Shown in pieces: positions 38,269 to 48,830 of a DNA stretch of 64,000 bases. The notes under the pieces are model-generated. The model saw nothing but the letters and a program-made list of their open reading frames with translations. It ran no database searches and was not told the origin of the DNA. The translations under genes and the position numbers were made by a program. The DNA is from an uncultured Planctomycetaceae bacterium (lineage in GTDB: Bacteria > Planctomycetota > Planctomycetia > Planctomycetales > Planctomycetaceae), in contig CAIYBH010000471.1 in the NCBI GenBank assembly GCA_903924405.1, forward strand, positions 152 to 64,151. The letters are read 5' to 3'. Position 1 is the first letter of the stretch. Every line of letters starts with the position of its first letter.

Positions 38269-40136
38269 CGAACTCTCACTTCCGGTTGCTGCCCCGGACG
38301 CACCAGCACATACTGATTCGTCGCGACGTCCGTGTGAGACTCCACGCGGCCGTCCGCCCACTCAATGTCCACCTGCACCTGTTCACCAATCACCCCAAAC
38401 AACAACCGACCGTCGTTCGTTGACAGGTAGCTGCCCCCGGCCGCCAGAGTCTGCTCGGAACTTCCCCGCGAATCTGTCACCTTCACACGTGTTCCCGTCA
38501 GCGACCGACGCTCCGGGTGCAGCAACTCCAGCCCCAGATATCCCGCCTTCACGGCCGTCTCGTTGCGAAGCAGCACGACCGGGCGATCCAGATGACTCAC
38601 GCCAATGTCCGTGTCGCCGTCATTGTCGAAATCGCCGCCGGCCACTCCACGCCCAATCCATGCGTCCAGAAAATATGCTCCCGCGTGCTCAGAAATATCA
38701 CGAAACCCTGTGCCGGTGTTCAGCAGCAACTGGGGAGGCATGTTGTTGGGCTCAATCGCTGGTCCCAGCACATGTCCATTCGCCACAAAAATGTCCGGCC
38801 GCCCATCACGGTTGTAGTCCAAAGGAATCACGCCAAACCCCAGAAACGCAAAACTACTGGATGCCACCCCAGTCCGAAGACTGTCGTCTTCGAATAACAA
38901 CCCACCAAGGTTCCGATACAACGTGTTTTTCATTTGATAATAATGGGTCAGGTAGAGGTCAGGCAGTCCATCGCCGTCATAGTCCGCCGCCGCAATTCCC
39001 ATACTGGCTTCGTTCACCCCGTCTGCACTCACCGCCGATCCGGATTGCTGGCCAATCTCACGCCAACCCGCAGACCCACCTGAAGACGCACTGCGAGTAA
39101 ACAGGAGGTTCGCTTCCATATCATTCGCCACATAGATCTCCGGCTTCAAATCACGATCCAGATCAATCGCGGTGATTGCCAGACCCTTCGATGCTGGTGC
39201 TGACAAACCTGATTCATCAGCCCCATCGCGAAACGTCCCGTCCCCTGCATTCAGCCAGACCGCGTCCCGAACCCCGTCATACTTCCCGGGACCACAGTAC
39301 CCAGGCTTGTCACCATAAAAACACACCTGATTATTCTGCAGCGTCACGTTCATGTAGTTCGCACAGTACAGGTCCAGCATCCCGTCATCGTTGAGGTCCA
39401 GCCACACGCCGCTGGTGCTCCAGTGAGGATCGCCGATCCCGGCGACTGCCGTCACATCTCGAAAACTGCCGTCGCCGTTGTTCAGATACAGGACGTCATT
39501 GCCGTAATTGGCCACGAACACATCCGGAAACCCGTCCGCATCATAATCTCCGACAATCACGCCCTGCCCATAACCACCATCATCCGCACCAGCCACCTCG
39601 GAACGATCCTCAAACCGCTGCCCAACCCGATTTCGGAACAAACGGTTTCCCGGCACTTCCACAGGTTCCGCCCGCGGATCCAGCACGGCACCATTGGCAA
39701 AGTACAAATCGAGCCAGCCATCAAGGTCCACATCAAGCCACGCGACGCCCCCACCCATCACTTCGGGAAGCAGAAAACGCCCGGGCACACGGTCTTCGAA
39801 ATATCGAAATTCAATACCCATCAAGGGGGCCACATCCGTAAATGCCGGTAATGGATCCGGAGGCACATTCTGCGGTTTCGGCTTGCCACTGCCGGTTGCG
39901 GGGTCCAGGGGGATGGCGTTCGGTCCGGTTTTCCCGGTCCCGAAGACCACTTCCGACGATCCCGCGCTGCCGCTGGTGTCTTCTGACGTTCCGTCACCAC
40001 AGCCGACGGTCAGAACTGCACTCAATAAGCCAGTGAGCATTACGCTGACCGACCTGACATACATTGATTTTGCCACCAGGCTGCCTCTGCAAAAAAACAG
40101 AACAAGGCAAACAAAAAGCCGGGTGTCCTGCGACAT
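38265..40136 (-). CDS. CRTAC1-family lipoprotein (FG-GAP/VCBS repeats + ASPIC/UnbV domain), copy 2
   Basis: FG-GAP/Ca-binding repeats: LDVDLDGWLDLYFANG, GDYDADGFPDVFVANYG, LDLNDDGMLDLYCANY, ADYDGDGLPDLYLTHY, LDYNRDGRPDIFVANGH, GDFDNDGDTDIGVSH. UnbV-like C-terminus: LGLELL...TGTRVKVTD...AAGGSYLSTNDGRLLFG. Lipobox LTVGCG. The likely true start is the ATG at 40064 (MYVRSVSVMLTGLLSAVLTVGC). Confidence 0.85.
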   Translation of the reverse strand: MSQDTRLFVCLVLFFCRGSLVAKSMYVRSVSVMLTGLLSAVLTVGCGDGTSEDTSGSAGSSEVVFGTGKTGPNAIPLDPATGSGKPKPQNVPPDPLPAFTDVAPLMGIEFRYFEDRVPGRFLLPEVMGGGVAWLDVDLDGWLDLYFANGAVLDPRAEPVEVPGNRLFRNRVGQRFEDRSEVAGADDGGYGQGVIVGDYDADGFPDVFVANYGNDVLYLNNGDGSFRDVTAVAGIGDPHWSTSGVWLDLNDDGMLDLYCANYMNVTLQNNQVCFYGDKPGYCGPGKYDGVRDAVWLNAGDGTFRDGADESGLSAPASKGLAITAIDLDRDLKPEIYVANDMEANLLFTRSASSGGSAGWREIGQQSGSAVSADGVNEASMGIAAADYDGDGLPDLYLTHYYQMKNTLYRNLGGLLFEDDSLRTGVASSSFAFLGFGVIPLDYNRDGRPDIFVANGHVLGPAIEPNNMPPQLLLNTGTGFRDISEHAGAYFLDAWIGRGVAGGDFDNDGDTDIGVSHLDRPVVLLRNETAVKAGYLGLELLHPERRSLTGTRVKVTDSRGSSEQTLAAGGSYLSTNDGRLLFGVIGEQVQVDIEWADGRVESHTDVATNQYVLVRPGQQPEVRVR

Positions 40137-40174
40137 CCCGGCTTCTGATGTTGAAAAGGACTTCTCGAAGAATC

Positions 40175-41209
<1,035 letters not shown>

Positions 41210-41502
41210 ACCATCCTCCCCTGCGCGTGATCAAGAAAACACTCGATAAGAACACAATACAGCCATAAACCAGAACGAAATGACCACTTTTTCAGCAGCT
41301 CCGACCGGCTCTTAGGCATCTGCCGTCCCAATTTCGACAGCATTTCTCAACGTGTTACCATTTTTCGGAATTCGTGTCAATCCCTCATAACGATGTTTTC
41401 CGGCGAGCGACGTCTTCCCGCTGCTTTTCCACCGACAAAACGATCACTGCGACCGGGACTCCATGTGCCACGGCGAATTTGAGCTTCCGAGTTCCGGGCC
41501 CG

Positions 41503-42339
41503 TTAGTTCGGCGCAGCCTCAGTTGACTCTGCCGGTTTTTCTGCGTTTTCCGCTGCTGAATCGGCCTCAGTCCCGGCCGGTGCTGCAGCCCCGGCTGCCG
41601 GTTCAGTACCAGACGGTTGTGTTGGTGCCCCGCCGGGTGGGCCCGCCGGCGGTCCTCCAGCAGCGGCCGGTGCCGGTATTGTTCCCTCCAGCTCAAAAAC
41701 CACGTCGTTCCTGGCCGGATCCGAGGTCACTTCAATTTCCAGCGGTGATGTGGCCGTTTCCAGATACTTTGGCGGTACCAGCGGACGTGGCGGAATTCCC
41801 GGCGCCAGACTGCTGATTCTGACCTTATGCCGTCCCACTGATGCCCCCGTCTCTCCATTGGTTTCCAGAGAGAATCGCCCTTGCTGATCAAGATATCCCA
41901 TACTGAAGTCCAGCGGGTCACCAATCACTTCCGTCATGACAGACCCCGTCGTAACCGGTCGCCCCTCAAACAGGACGATGCCCGTAAACGGCACTTTGGG
42001 ACGCTCACCCTGTGTCTGATTCCAAACGTAATACCCGCCGCCAGTCACCAGCCCAATTGCACCCACCAGTACCAGCACTCTGACAATGCTGAATTCACCC
42101 GCTGGCTGCACTGCTACCCGTTCAACCTGACCACTGTCTGCCACTGTCTGTCTCCAGTCCCGATAACTTTCCTGTTGACCTGATAATCGCGACTGATCTG
42201 CCGCTGAATCGTGCCGTTCACGACACCCTGACTGATTTACGATTGGCGAGGCCCGTTGAGCTGGATATGGTCGACGCTGAAAAAAGCCCGCCAGCAACTT
42301 CGGATTCGCCACGCCGGTTCGCCGCTCCGGTTCGTCCAC
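41503..42339 (-). CDS. Membrane-anchored protein with carboxypeptidase-regulatory-like (transthyretin-like) beta-sandwich and Pro/Ala/Gly-rich tail
   Basis: TM: FSIVRVLVLVGAIGLVTGGGYYVW. Then FTGIVLFEGRPVTTGSVMTEV...GYLDQQGRFSLETNGETGASVGRHKVRIS, the pattern seen in small partners of DUF1559 genes. The GTG start lies 4 nt after the upstream stop; the start is uncertain. Confidence 0.6.
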   Translation of the reverse strand: MDEPERRTGVANPKLLAGFFQRRPYPAQRASPIVNQSGCRERHDSAADQSRLSGQQESYRDWRQTVADSGQVERVAVQPAGEFSIVRVLVLVGAIGLVTGGGYYVWNQTQGERPKVPFTGIVLFEGRPVTTGSVMTEVIGDPLDFSMGYLDQQGRFSLETNGETGASVGRHKVRISSLAPGIPPRPLVPPKYLETATSPLEIEVTSDPARNDVVFELEGTIPAPAAAGGPPAGPPGGAPTQPSGTEPAAGAAAPAGTEADSAAENAEKPAESTEAAPN

Positions 42340-42343
42340 TCAA

Positions 42344-44305
42344 CTACTGCACGTCCCGCAGTACGCGCACCGCTGACGATTCCGACTCGTCCTGGACGAT
42401 AACCAAACGCTCGCCACGGGGCAATTGCTGCGTGACGGTTTCCATGCCATCCGGCCAACGGACTTTCAGCGTCACGTCGTCATCGCCCGGCAGCCCGATC
42501 AGCAGTCGCCGATCCGCTGCCGAAGCATAACTTCCCCCTCCGTACACCGTGAACATCCGCCGTTGCTCGCCGAACTCAACGGTTACAACCGCCGCCACCG
42601 CGTCGCGATTTGCCCGCCGGCCAATCAGCCGCAGGACAATTCCCCGGCCCAGGACTTCCACCGGACAACTGTCGTTTCGCAGTAGTTCCGGCTGAGCATC
42701 CTGGTGGCTGATAATCACATCCCCGTCGCCGTCATTGTCCACGTCTGCAGTGGCGAGGCCACGTCCCACATGCGGCTGACGGAAGTAGGCTCCAGCGCCG
42801 CGCACCAGCTGAAATTGTCCCCCCGTGTTTTTCCAGAGGCCCGCTGGTTGCTGATACTGTCCCTCCCGCCCGAGGTCTGCCAGATTGTCGTCCGTGTGGC
42901 CGTTTGTCACGATCAGATCCGGCCACCCATCCAGATCAAAGTCCGCAAAGGACGTGCCCCAGCCGACCCACGGCAGGCTGCCCTCCGGAATCGCCGTCAA
43001 TCCGGTCTCCAGAAATGTCCGCTGACCCAGATTTGTATACAACGCATTGTGCTCGTTCTGATAGTTGGTCACGAACAGGTCCAGAGTTCCACTGCCATCC
43101 ACGTCGGCGATCGCCAAACCCATTCCCGCCTGTGCTTGTCCGACGTGATCAAAGGCCGTCCCGGATTGCTCACCAATCTCCTGAAAACCCTTTTCACCAC
43201 CCACAAACAGAAAATTGGGGTGAATGTCGTTGGCCACATAAATGTCGGTCCGCCCGTCTCCATCCACGTCCGCTATCAAAACACCCTGACCACGCCCCGT
43301 GACGCCACGTATCCCGGATGACTCCGAAGTATCCCGAAACGTGCCATCCCCGGCATTCTCGTACAACACATCCGCTTCCGGGGGAACATGAGTCGGGCTG
43401 CAGAACATCCGGATCCCTCGCGATTCATCTCCACAATACTGACTGGTCTCCCACGTCCACTGCCCGTAATTGCAGACGTAAAGATCCAGCAGCCCATCAT
43501 GGTTCAGGTCGCCAAAGGCTGCACTCGTTCCCCAGTGCTCGTCCGCAACCCCAAACGCCACGGCCGATTCCGAAAACGTGCCGTCCCCATGATTCCTGTA
43601 CAACAGGTTTCGGCCATAACGCGTGATGTACAGGTCCGGAAACCCGTCACTGTCCACGTCCCCCACGGCCAAACCACACGAATATCCCGCCTGACCGATT
43701 CCAGCGACTTCCGAAATGTCCCTGAACCGCCAGTCACCGAGATTCCGGTACAGTCGGTCAAACGGCCCCGCAGCATCCGCCCGCAGCGGGAATTCAGCCC
43801 CATTCGCAAAATACAGGTCCACTTGCCCATCCATGTCGACGTCCAGCGCCGCACAACCAGTTCCGTTCGCTGCTGGAAACGGCTTGGCCGGCGAATTTCC
43901 ACTCCGCTGAAGAAAATCAATGCCACTCCGCTCACGCATCGACGCGAATTGAAACACTCCAGCAGACTCTTCGCCTTCCGAGCCCGACGCCGGCTGCCCG
44001 GACGTACCGTTCGCCGCAGTTGAACTTTGTCTGCCCGGAATCTCACCGGCCCCCGCCTGTATTTTTTCCCCACCCGCGCCCGTACCAGCGGCTGGTTGAC
44101 CACTTTCCCCGACCTGCGCGGTGCCGCCCGATCCAGAACCAACCGGGGCAGGTCCGGCATCTCCACATCCGACACCGGCCAGCAACACACTCAGCCACAA
44201 CCACGGACAACAATACCGTCGCTGCTGAGACAATCGCCGCAGCCCGCGACTTGCTTTCAGACCCACGCGATGCCCCACGCAAGACCACTCCGCCTGCTCA
44301 GTCAT
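42344..44305 (-). CDS. CRTAC1-family lipoprotein (FG-GAP/VCBS repeats + ASPIC/UnbV domain), copy 1
   Basis: LDVDMDGQVDLYFANG, GDVDSDGFPDLYITRYG, GDLNHDGLLDLYVCNYG, ADVDGDGRTDIYVAND, ADVDGSGTLDLFVTNY, ADFDLDGWPDLIVTNGH, ADVDNDGDGDVIISH. UnbV-like: VLRLIGRRANRDAVAAVVTVE...YGGGSYASAADRRLLIG. Lipobox LLAGVGCG. The ATG overlaps the upstream stop (ATGA). Confidence 0.88.
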   Translation of the reverse strand: MTEQAEWSCVGHRVGLKASRGLRRLSQQRRYCCPWLWLSVLLAGVGCGDAGPAPVGSGSGGTAQVGESGQPAAGTGAGGEKIQAGAGEIPGRQSSTAANGTSGQPASGSEGEESAGVFQFASMRERSGIDFLQRSGNSPAKPFPAANGTGCAALDVDMDGQVDLYFANGAEFPLRADAAGPFDRLYRNLGDWRFRDISEVAGIGQAGYSCGLAVGDVDSDGFPDLYITRYGRNLLYRNHGDGTFSESAVAFGVADEHWGTSAAFGDLNHDGLLDLYVCNYGQWTWETSQYCGDESRGIRMFCSPTHVPPEADVLYENAGDGTFRDTSESSGIRGVTGRGQGVLIADVDGDGRTDIYVANDIHPNFLFVGGEKGFQEIGEQSGTAFDHVGQAQAGMGLAIADVDGSGTLDLFVTNYQNEHNALYTNLGQRTFLETGLTAIPEGSLPWVGWGTSFADFDLDGWPDLIVTNGHTDDNLADLGREGQYQQPAGLWKNTGGQFQLVRGAGAYFRQPHVGRGLATADVDNDGDGDVIISHQDAQPELLRNDSCPVEVLGRGIVLRLIGRRANRDAVAAVVTVEFGEQRRMFTVYGGGSYASAADRRLLIGLPGDDDVTLKVRWPDGMETVTQQLPRGERLVIVQDESESSAVRVLRDVQ

Positions 44306-45711
44306 TCCCGGGCTCCCTGCAACTCTTGTTCAACCGCCGCTTCGTCCGCCGCTTCTGCCGCCCCGTCCCGACGCACTCGCTCCGCGATCTCCGGCCAGAT
44401 GCCGATCTGATGGTCCCGCAGTAAGGCCTGCAGACTCCCTCGGTCCGTTTCCATGCGCACTTCCTGATCCCGCGTGGCGGGCATGTGACAGTCCACGCAG
44501 CGATCCTGCGCCTTCGCCCCCAACTGACGTACGTCCGGACACACGTCCGGCTTGTGGCAGTCTCGACATCGCGCCGAATAGTCCGCCAGTCGGCCACGCT
44601 GATCCTTGTGCGGATCATGGCACTTCGTGCAACTCAGTCCACCGCTGGCCGTAAAACAACGACTCTGCATCAGTCGCGCCAGCTGGTTCGCACTGTGAGG
44701 ATCCGCGTTGCTTTCACTGTCACTCTTCAGGTCCAGCTGCAACCACGATTTCAACGGCTCACCAGGACGATAGGCAAACGCATTGCCCAGCGGCTCACCA
44801 GCCGAATGACACTGAGCACACACTTCATTCTGCCGCTCAATCGAGAGTGACCCGGGATTCACAATCCGATGAGCCTCAGTTGCTTCCGGAAACTGACGAT
44901 GATACGCCACATGCTCGTGCCCCGGTCCATGACACCGCACACAGGTCACGCCCGGCAGCAGAGTCTCCCGGTCGAAGCGGTTCACTTCCCGCGCATCCAC
45001 ACCAATCCACGTCGCATGGCAGTCCAGACACCGCGCCGGAACCGGCCGCGAATAGTCCACGGTGCCGTCTGTGTACGGTCCGGGACTGTTCACCCACGCG
45101 TTGCTCTCCGTCAGATAACTCACATGCATCTGATACAACCGATCCTCGTCCCACCACAGATAACTCTGACCGTGATTGCCGGAACCCAGCACGAGATCAA
45201 AACGAAAGTCCCGAACGTACTCAGTCCCCAGCTCGGAATCCCGCCACTGCACCGTCTGAAAAAATCCGCTCTCACCAGCCGTCATGCGAAACTGCAGGCG
45301 CGGGTTGCCGGTCTTCAGCACGTTCTGCCCCTCGGCAAAACTCCCCCGAATTACATTCGGTCCCGGCAACATGGACGTCTTCGCATGCGCTGTCTCAACA
45401 CTGGTCTCGTAGTACTCCTGATGGCATTCGCGACAACTCTCCGCTGGCAGAAATCCGCGATGCTCCGCAGAAACCCCCGATTGAAAGTCGTCCGCCGAAA
45501 ACTTCATCGGCAACAACACCGCATCACGCCCGCGCAGCTCCCCGGAGGTCACGAGGTCCGCCCAATCTTCCGGCGCGACACGCCGCAGCCCGGGCACGTC
45601 TTCCAGCGGCGCAGTTCGCATGGCCGTTTCCGTTCCCAGCCGCTGAGACAGCACGAACACACCCACACTCAGGGCGATCGCCGCTAACAGACTGAGCACC
45701 ATGCGTTTCAC
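44302..45711 (-). CDS. Membrane-anchored/secreted heptaheme c-type cytochrome
   Basis: Seven CxxCH motifs: CRECH, CLDCH, CVRCH, CAQCH, CTKCH, CRDCH, CVDCH. N-terminal helix MVLSLLAAIALSVGVFVL. The GTG at 45711 has GGGGAG 6 nt upstream; an ATG lies at 45702. Confidence 0.88.
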   Translation of the reverse strand: MKRMVLSLLAAIALSVGVFVLSQRLGTETAMRTAPLEDVPGLRRVAPEDWADLVTSGELRGRDAVLLPMKFSADDFQSGVSAEHRGFLPAESCRECHQEYYETSVETAHAKTSMLPGPNVIRGSFAEGQNVLKTGNPRLQFRMTAGESGFFQTVQWRDSELGTEYVRDFRFDLVLGSGNHGQSYLWWDEDRLYQMHVSYLTESNAWVNSPGPYTDGTVDYSRPVPARCLDCHATWIGVDAREVNRFDRETLLPGVTCVRCHGPGHEHVAYHRQFPEATEAHRIVNPGSLSIERQNEVCAQCHSAGEPLGNAFAYRPGEPLKSWLQLDLKSDSESNADPHSANQLARLMQSRCFTASGGLSCTKCHDPHKDQRGRLADYSARCRDCHKPDVCPDVRQLGAKAQDRCVDCHMPATRDQEVRMETDRGSLQALLRDHQIGIWPEIAERVRRDGAAEAADEAAVEQELQGARE

Positions 45712-45758
45712 GGCCCACTCCCCTAACCAGACATACGCACCGTTTCAACCCGAGTCCC

Positions 45759-46739
45759 TCAGACAATCGCAGCTCGCTCAGCCGTCGCTTCCGTCCACAG
45801 CGTTGCACCGCCGTTCAACGGCTCGCTCACCTCCACGTGCAGTCCTGCCGCACCGCCGAAGCATCTCAATCGCCCGCAAATATCCCTGACATGCTCGGCA
45901 TGCTCTGCAGGAATGCAGATGCCCGGGCCCCACGAAGACTGCGCTGCTCCCCGGACTCCCGCCGCACGCAATTCCCGCACCACGTCCCGTATCAGCGGCG
46001 ACGAAAAAATGTCTCCCTGCGCTCGCGAATAAAATCGCCCCGCCAGGTCCCCGTAGTGCTCCAGTCCTTCCGCAAACTGAGCAAACCGCAATTCCGTCAC
46101 ACCCGCAAACACAACTCCCAGTGCCAACTGACTCAGCTCTCGAATCAACGCCGAATCCATCACGGGCCGCGCACCAAACCACGTCTGCTCTTCCGCCCCC
46201 GACATGCCCTGCCCCTCAACAGGACGCACCAGCACAAATCGCCAGCCCTCCGGAACCAGGGCCCGCTGAACCCGCGTCTCCGGGACCGTCTGACCCTGAT
46301 CCAGCAGAAAACCGCCATGATCAAACCCATACGTCCCGATCGCTGAACGCTCAGAACGCCCAACCCGCTGCGCTAACTGCTCAGCCGTGATCCGACGCTC
46401 CCCTTCCACCAGCCACAAACAGGCGGACGCCAGGCCCAGCGCCAATTGTGTCCCGCCCCCCAGACCCGTGTGAAACGGAATCTCTTCCGACACCACCACC
46501 CGGAGCGATGGCAATGCCAGCGTTTCCCGCAGTCGCGATAGCACCCGAGCAATCCGCGACGTCGCCTCGACACCGCCACAAATCTCATCCCCACCAGACG
46601 CAGCGCGCGAAACCATCATGCCCCAGCCCGGTCGACGCACCATCAGGCCCAGCCCGCCAAACTGCCAGCCATCCTCCGCGTTCCCCAGAATCAGCCCGAA
46701 GTGCAGCCGCGCTCCCGTGTGAACCTGTATCCGCCTCAT
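45759..46739 (-). CDS. mptG: Beta-ribofuranosylaminobenzene 5'-phosphate (beta-RFAP) synthase, GHMP-kinase superfamily (tetrahydromethanopterin biosynthesis)
   Basis: MRRIQVHTGARLHFGLI... N-terminus, IPFHTGLGGGTQLALGLASA, GRSERSAIGTYGFDHGGFLLDQG and SSWGPGICIP match the conserved blocks of archaeal/methylotroph beta-RFAP synthases as I recall them. Confidence 0.72.
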   Translation of the reverse strand: MRRIQVHTGARLHFGLILGNAEDGWQFGGLGLMVRRPGWGMMVSRAASGGDEICGGVEATSRIARVLSRLRETLALPSLRVVVSEEIPFHTGLGGGTQLALGLASACLWLVEGERRITAEQLAQRVGRSERSAIGTYGFDHGGFLLDQGQTVPETRVQRALVPEGWRFVLVRPVEGQGMSGAEEQTWFGARPVMDSALIRELSQLALGVVFAGVTELRFAQFAEGLEHYGDLAGRFYSRAQGDIFSSPLIRDVVRELRAAGVRGAAQSSWGPGICIPAEHAEHVRDICGRLRCFGGAAGLHVEVSEPLNGGATLWTEATAERAAIV

Positions 46740-47308
46740 GACAGCAGCCCCCGTCGCCGCTGAATAAACTCCACAATCCGCTCCCAGGCGACCCTTTCCA
46801 CCGATCCCCCCGTCTTCTGCACCGCCGGGGCCAGAAACTGCAACGCCTGATCTATCTCCTCAGCCGGCAACAGGTGCAGTCGAGTCGCCAGGATCGCGGC
46901 TTCCAGCACGGCATGTCGCGCCCGATTGAAGCCCAGAAACCCCCGCCGCTCGCCCCGATGCACCACCCGCGACGGCATCCGACTGCGCGCCTCGCCGGCC
47001 TCCACGTCTTCCACCTCAAACTCATACCAACGGCAACAGTCCACCAGCACTCGACCTGAGACAACCCGCGCCGACTCGGTGGCCGGAAGTTCTGTCAGAG
47101 TCCCCGTGATGGCCCGCGAAATCACGTCCACGTCGTCCGTCACATGAAACACACCACATCGCTGACTCGACAGATTTGAAAATGTCGTCGATGGCTGGAA
47201 AGGACGCAGCACCAGTCGCTCAAAATCACCCTCTACGATCGGACCCATCGGCGCTACGTTCAGCCGTCCATCCAACCCGATACTTGTGACCAGTCCTTCC
47301 ACAATCAT
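46736..47308 (-). CDS. DUF447-family (FMN-binding split-barrel-like) protein, usually linked to H4MPT biosynthesis genes
   Basis: MIVEGLVTSIGLDGRLNVAPMGPIV...LRPFQPSTTFSNL...GFNRARHAVLEAAILATRLHLL fits my memory of DUF447. There is a 4-nt ATGA overlap with the beta-RFAP synthase gene. Confidence 0.55.
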   Translation of the reverse strand: MIVEGLVTSIGLDGRLNVAPMGPIVEGDFERLVLRPFQPSTTFSNLSSQRCGVFHVTDDVDVISRAITGTLTELPATESARVVSGRVLVDCCRWYEFEVEDVEAGEARSRMPSRVVHRGERRGFLGFNRARHAVLEAAILATRLHLLPAEEIDQALQFLAPAVQKTGGSVERVAWERIVEFIQRRRGLLS

Positions 47309-47472
47309 GAATGCCGCTCAGCCCTTTCATCCCGAAACGACTCAGCCCCGCAGCGGCCAGGGTATTGATACACCCCGAATCTTCACCGAATCAGACCACG
47401 GCTCTCCAGACGTTTTCCGAAGTCTATCGCCCCGCCCCTCCCGGAATCAATCCTGCCGGATCTTCCCGAACC

Positions 47473-48810
47473 CTACTCTCGACCTTCTACGCGACTCATC
47501 CAGAATTCCGCCGGACTCGTTCCCCGCCACAAACACAGCGATTTCGCCACATGCGAATAAAATGTGTAGTTCTGGTCAATCTCCGACTGTGGTGTCGCTT
47601 CCACATTTCGTAATAGCCAACCCACGGCACGCTCCACAGTCTCTCGCGGCGGATGAAACCTCTGCGGTGCCATCGCCAGCCACTCCAGCTGATGCCCCGT
47701 TGCGATCACCCGCTTCGACAGCTTCTCCTGAGGATCCGTCTTCTGCGAACATTCTGCGCCCTCCGACCATTGACCATTCCACGATCCATCCGGCCATTGC
47801 GACGCAACCATCAGGTCCCGCACCTCCAGCAGAAACTGCTCCACCGCCGACACCGTCGCCGGTTGCAGCAATCGCCCTCCCTGCGACTCATTCAGTCTCA
47901 GCAGCAACGTCAGCGTGTACACCCGATGCAGCCCCAGACACACTCCGACCCGCTTGTGCTGACGCATCAGTCGGTCAGCCAGCATGTCCAGCGTCACTCG
48001 GCGACCGGACCCGTTATGCCACTCCCGGATTTCCTGCGGTGCCAGCCACAAGGCAAAACACATGCTCGACCACTCTGTCTCCGGCTCGTCCAGTCGAAAG
48101 TCCCGCAACGCCTCGGACAGCACATGCCGCAGCTGAAGCGGTCGCATCGTCGTGAATACGGGTGCATCCAGTCGCAGCCCCGCCTCCGTCAACGCCGCCA
48201 GCGCATGATCATGATGCACCGACGCTGCACTATCCTCCGCAAAACGAATATGCACGCCTTCCGGAGTATCTGCCAGCAACGGCTCAACCTTGCCATCCCA
48301 GGAACTCAGATGCCGCGCCGCGTCCGTCAGAAAGGACACCATAAACGCTCCCGAGATCGCATCCGGATCGCGAAATTCAATCGTCGCCCCCCACGTTCGC
48401 AGAGCATGCTCAATCAGGTTCGGTCGCAGGTGACTACGGCTGAATCGCGGGACCAGTTTCTTCAGTACACCCGCCAGCTGCTCATCCGAAACCAGCGCGG
48501 GCTCATCATACAACGGCCGCACGTCGGCCGCCTTGTCGACTGCCGGAGCCGCATCCAGCCGGTACGGACGCTGCAGTACCGTCGCCACAATCGCTCGCCG
48601 CTGATCCGCAGGTGCCCGTACCCAGGAAACCGCCACAGCTCCGATTACAATCAGCTGCACTGCCAGCACTGTGCTCACCGGCAATGCATGCCGCGTTCCT
48701 GAAAAAACAGCCGCCATATGCTCGTTCATCCCGCAGTACAGTTCCCGACACACCGTCAATGCTTCCCCATCCGCCCGTTGGCGCCCGGACCGACAACACC
48801 ACTCGGACAC
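47473..48810 (-). CDS. Conserved hypothetical membrane-anchored protein
   Basis: Long ORF with protein-like composition. TM: VSTVLAVQLIVIGAVAVSWV. One QW-like motif (VASQWPDGSWNGQW), reminiscent of alpha/alpha-toroid (prenyltransferase/terpene-cyclase) repeats. A probable start is the ATG at 48729 (MNEHMAAVF). Confidence 0.6.
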   Translation of the reverse strand: MSEWCCRSGRQRADGEALTVCRELYCGMNEHMAAVFSGTRHALPVSTVLAVQLIVIGAVAVSWVRAPADQRRAIVATVLQRPYRLDAAPAVDKAADVRPLYDEPALVSDEQLAGVLKKLVPRFSRSHLRPNLIEHALRTWGATIEFRDPDAISGAFMVSFLTDAARHLSSWDGKVEPLLADTPEGVHIRFAEDSAASVHHDHALAALTEAGLRLDAPVFTTMRPLQLRHVLSEALRDFRLDEPETEWSSMCFALWLAPQEIREWHNGSGRRVTLDMLADRLMRQHKRVGVCLGLHRVYTLTLLLRLNESQGGRLLQPATVSAVEQFLLEVRDLMVASQWPDGSWNGQWSEGAECSQKTDPQEKLSKRVIATGHQLEWLAMAPQRFHPPRETVERAVGWLLRNVEATPQSEIDQNYTFYSHVAKSLCLWRGTSPAEFWMSRVEGRE

Positions 48811-48830
48811 CCCGCCGCAACCTCTTCAGA

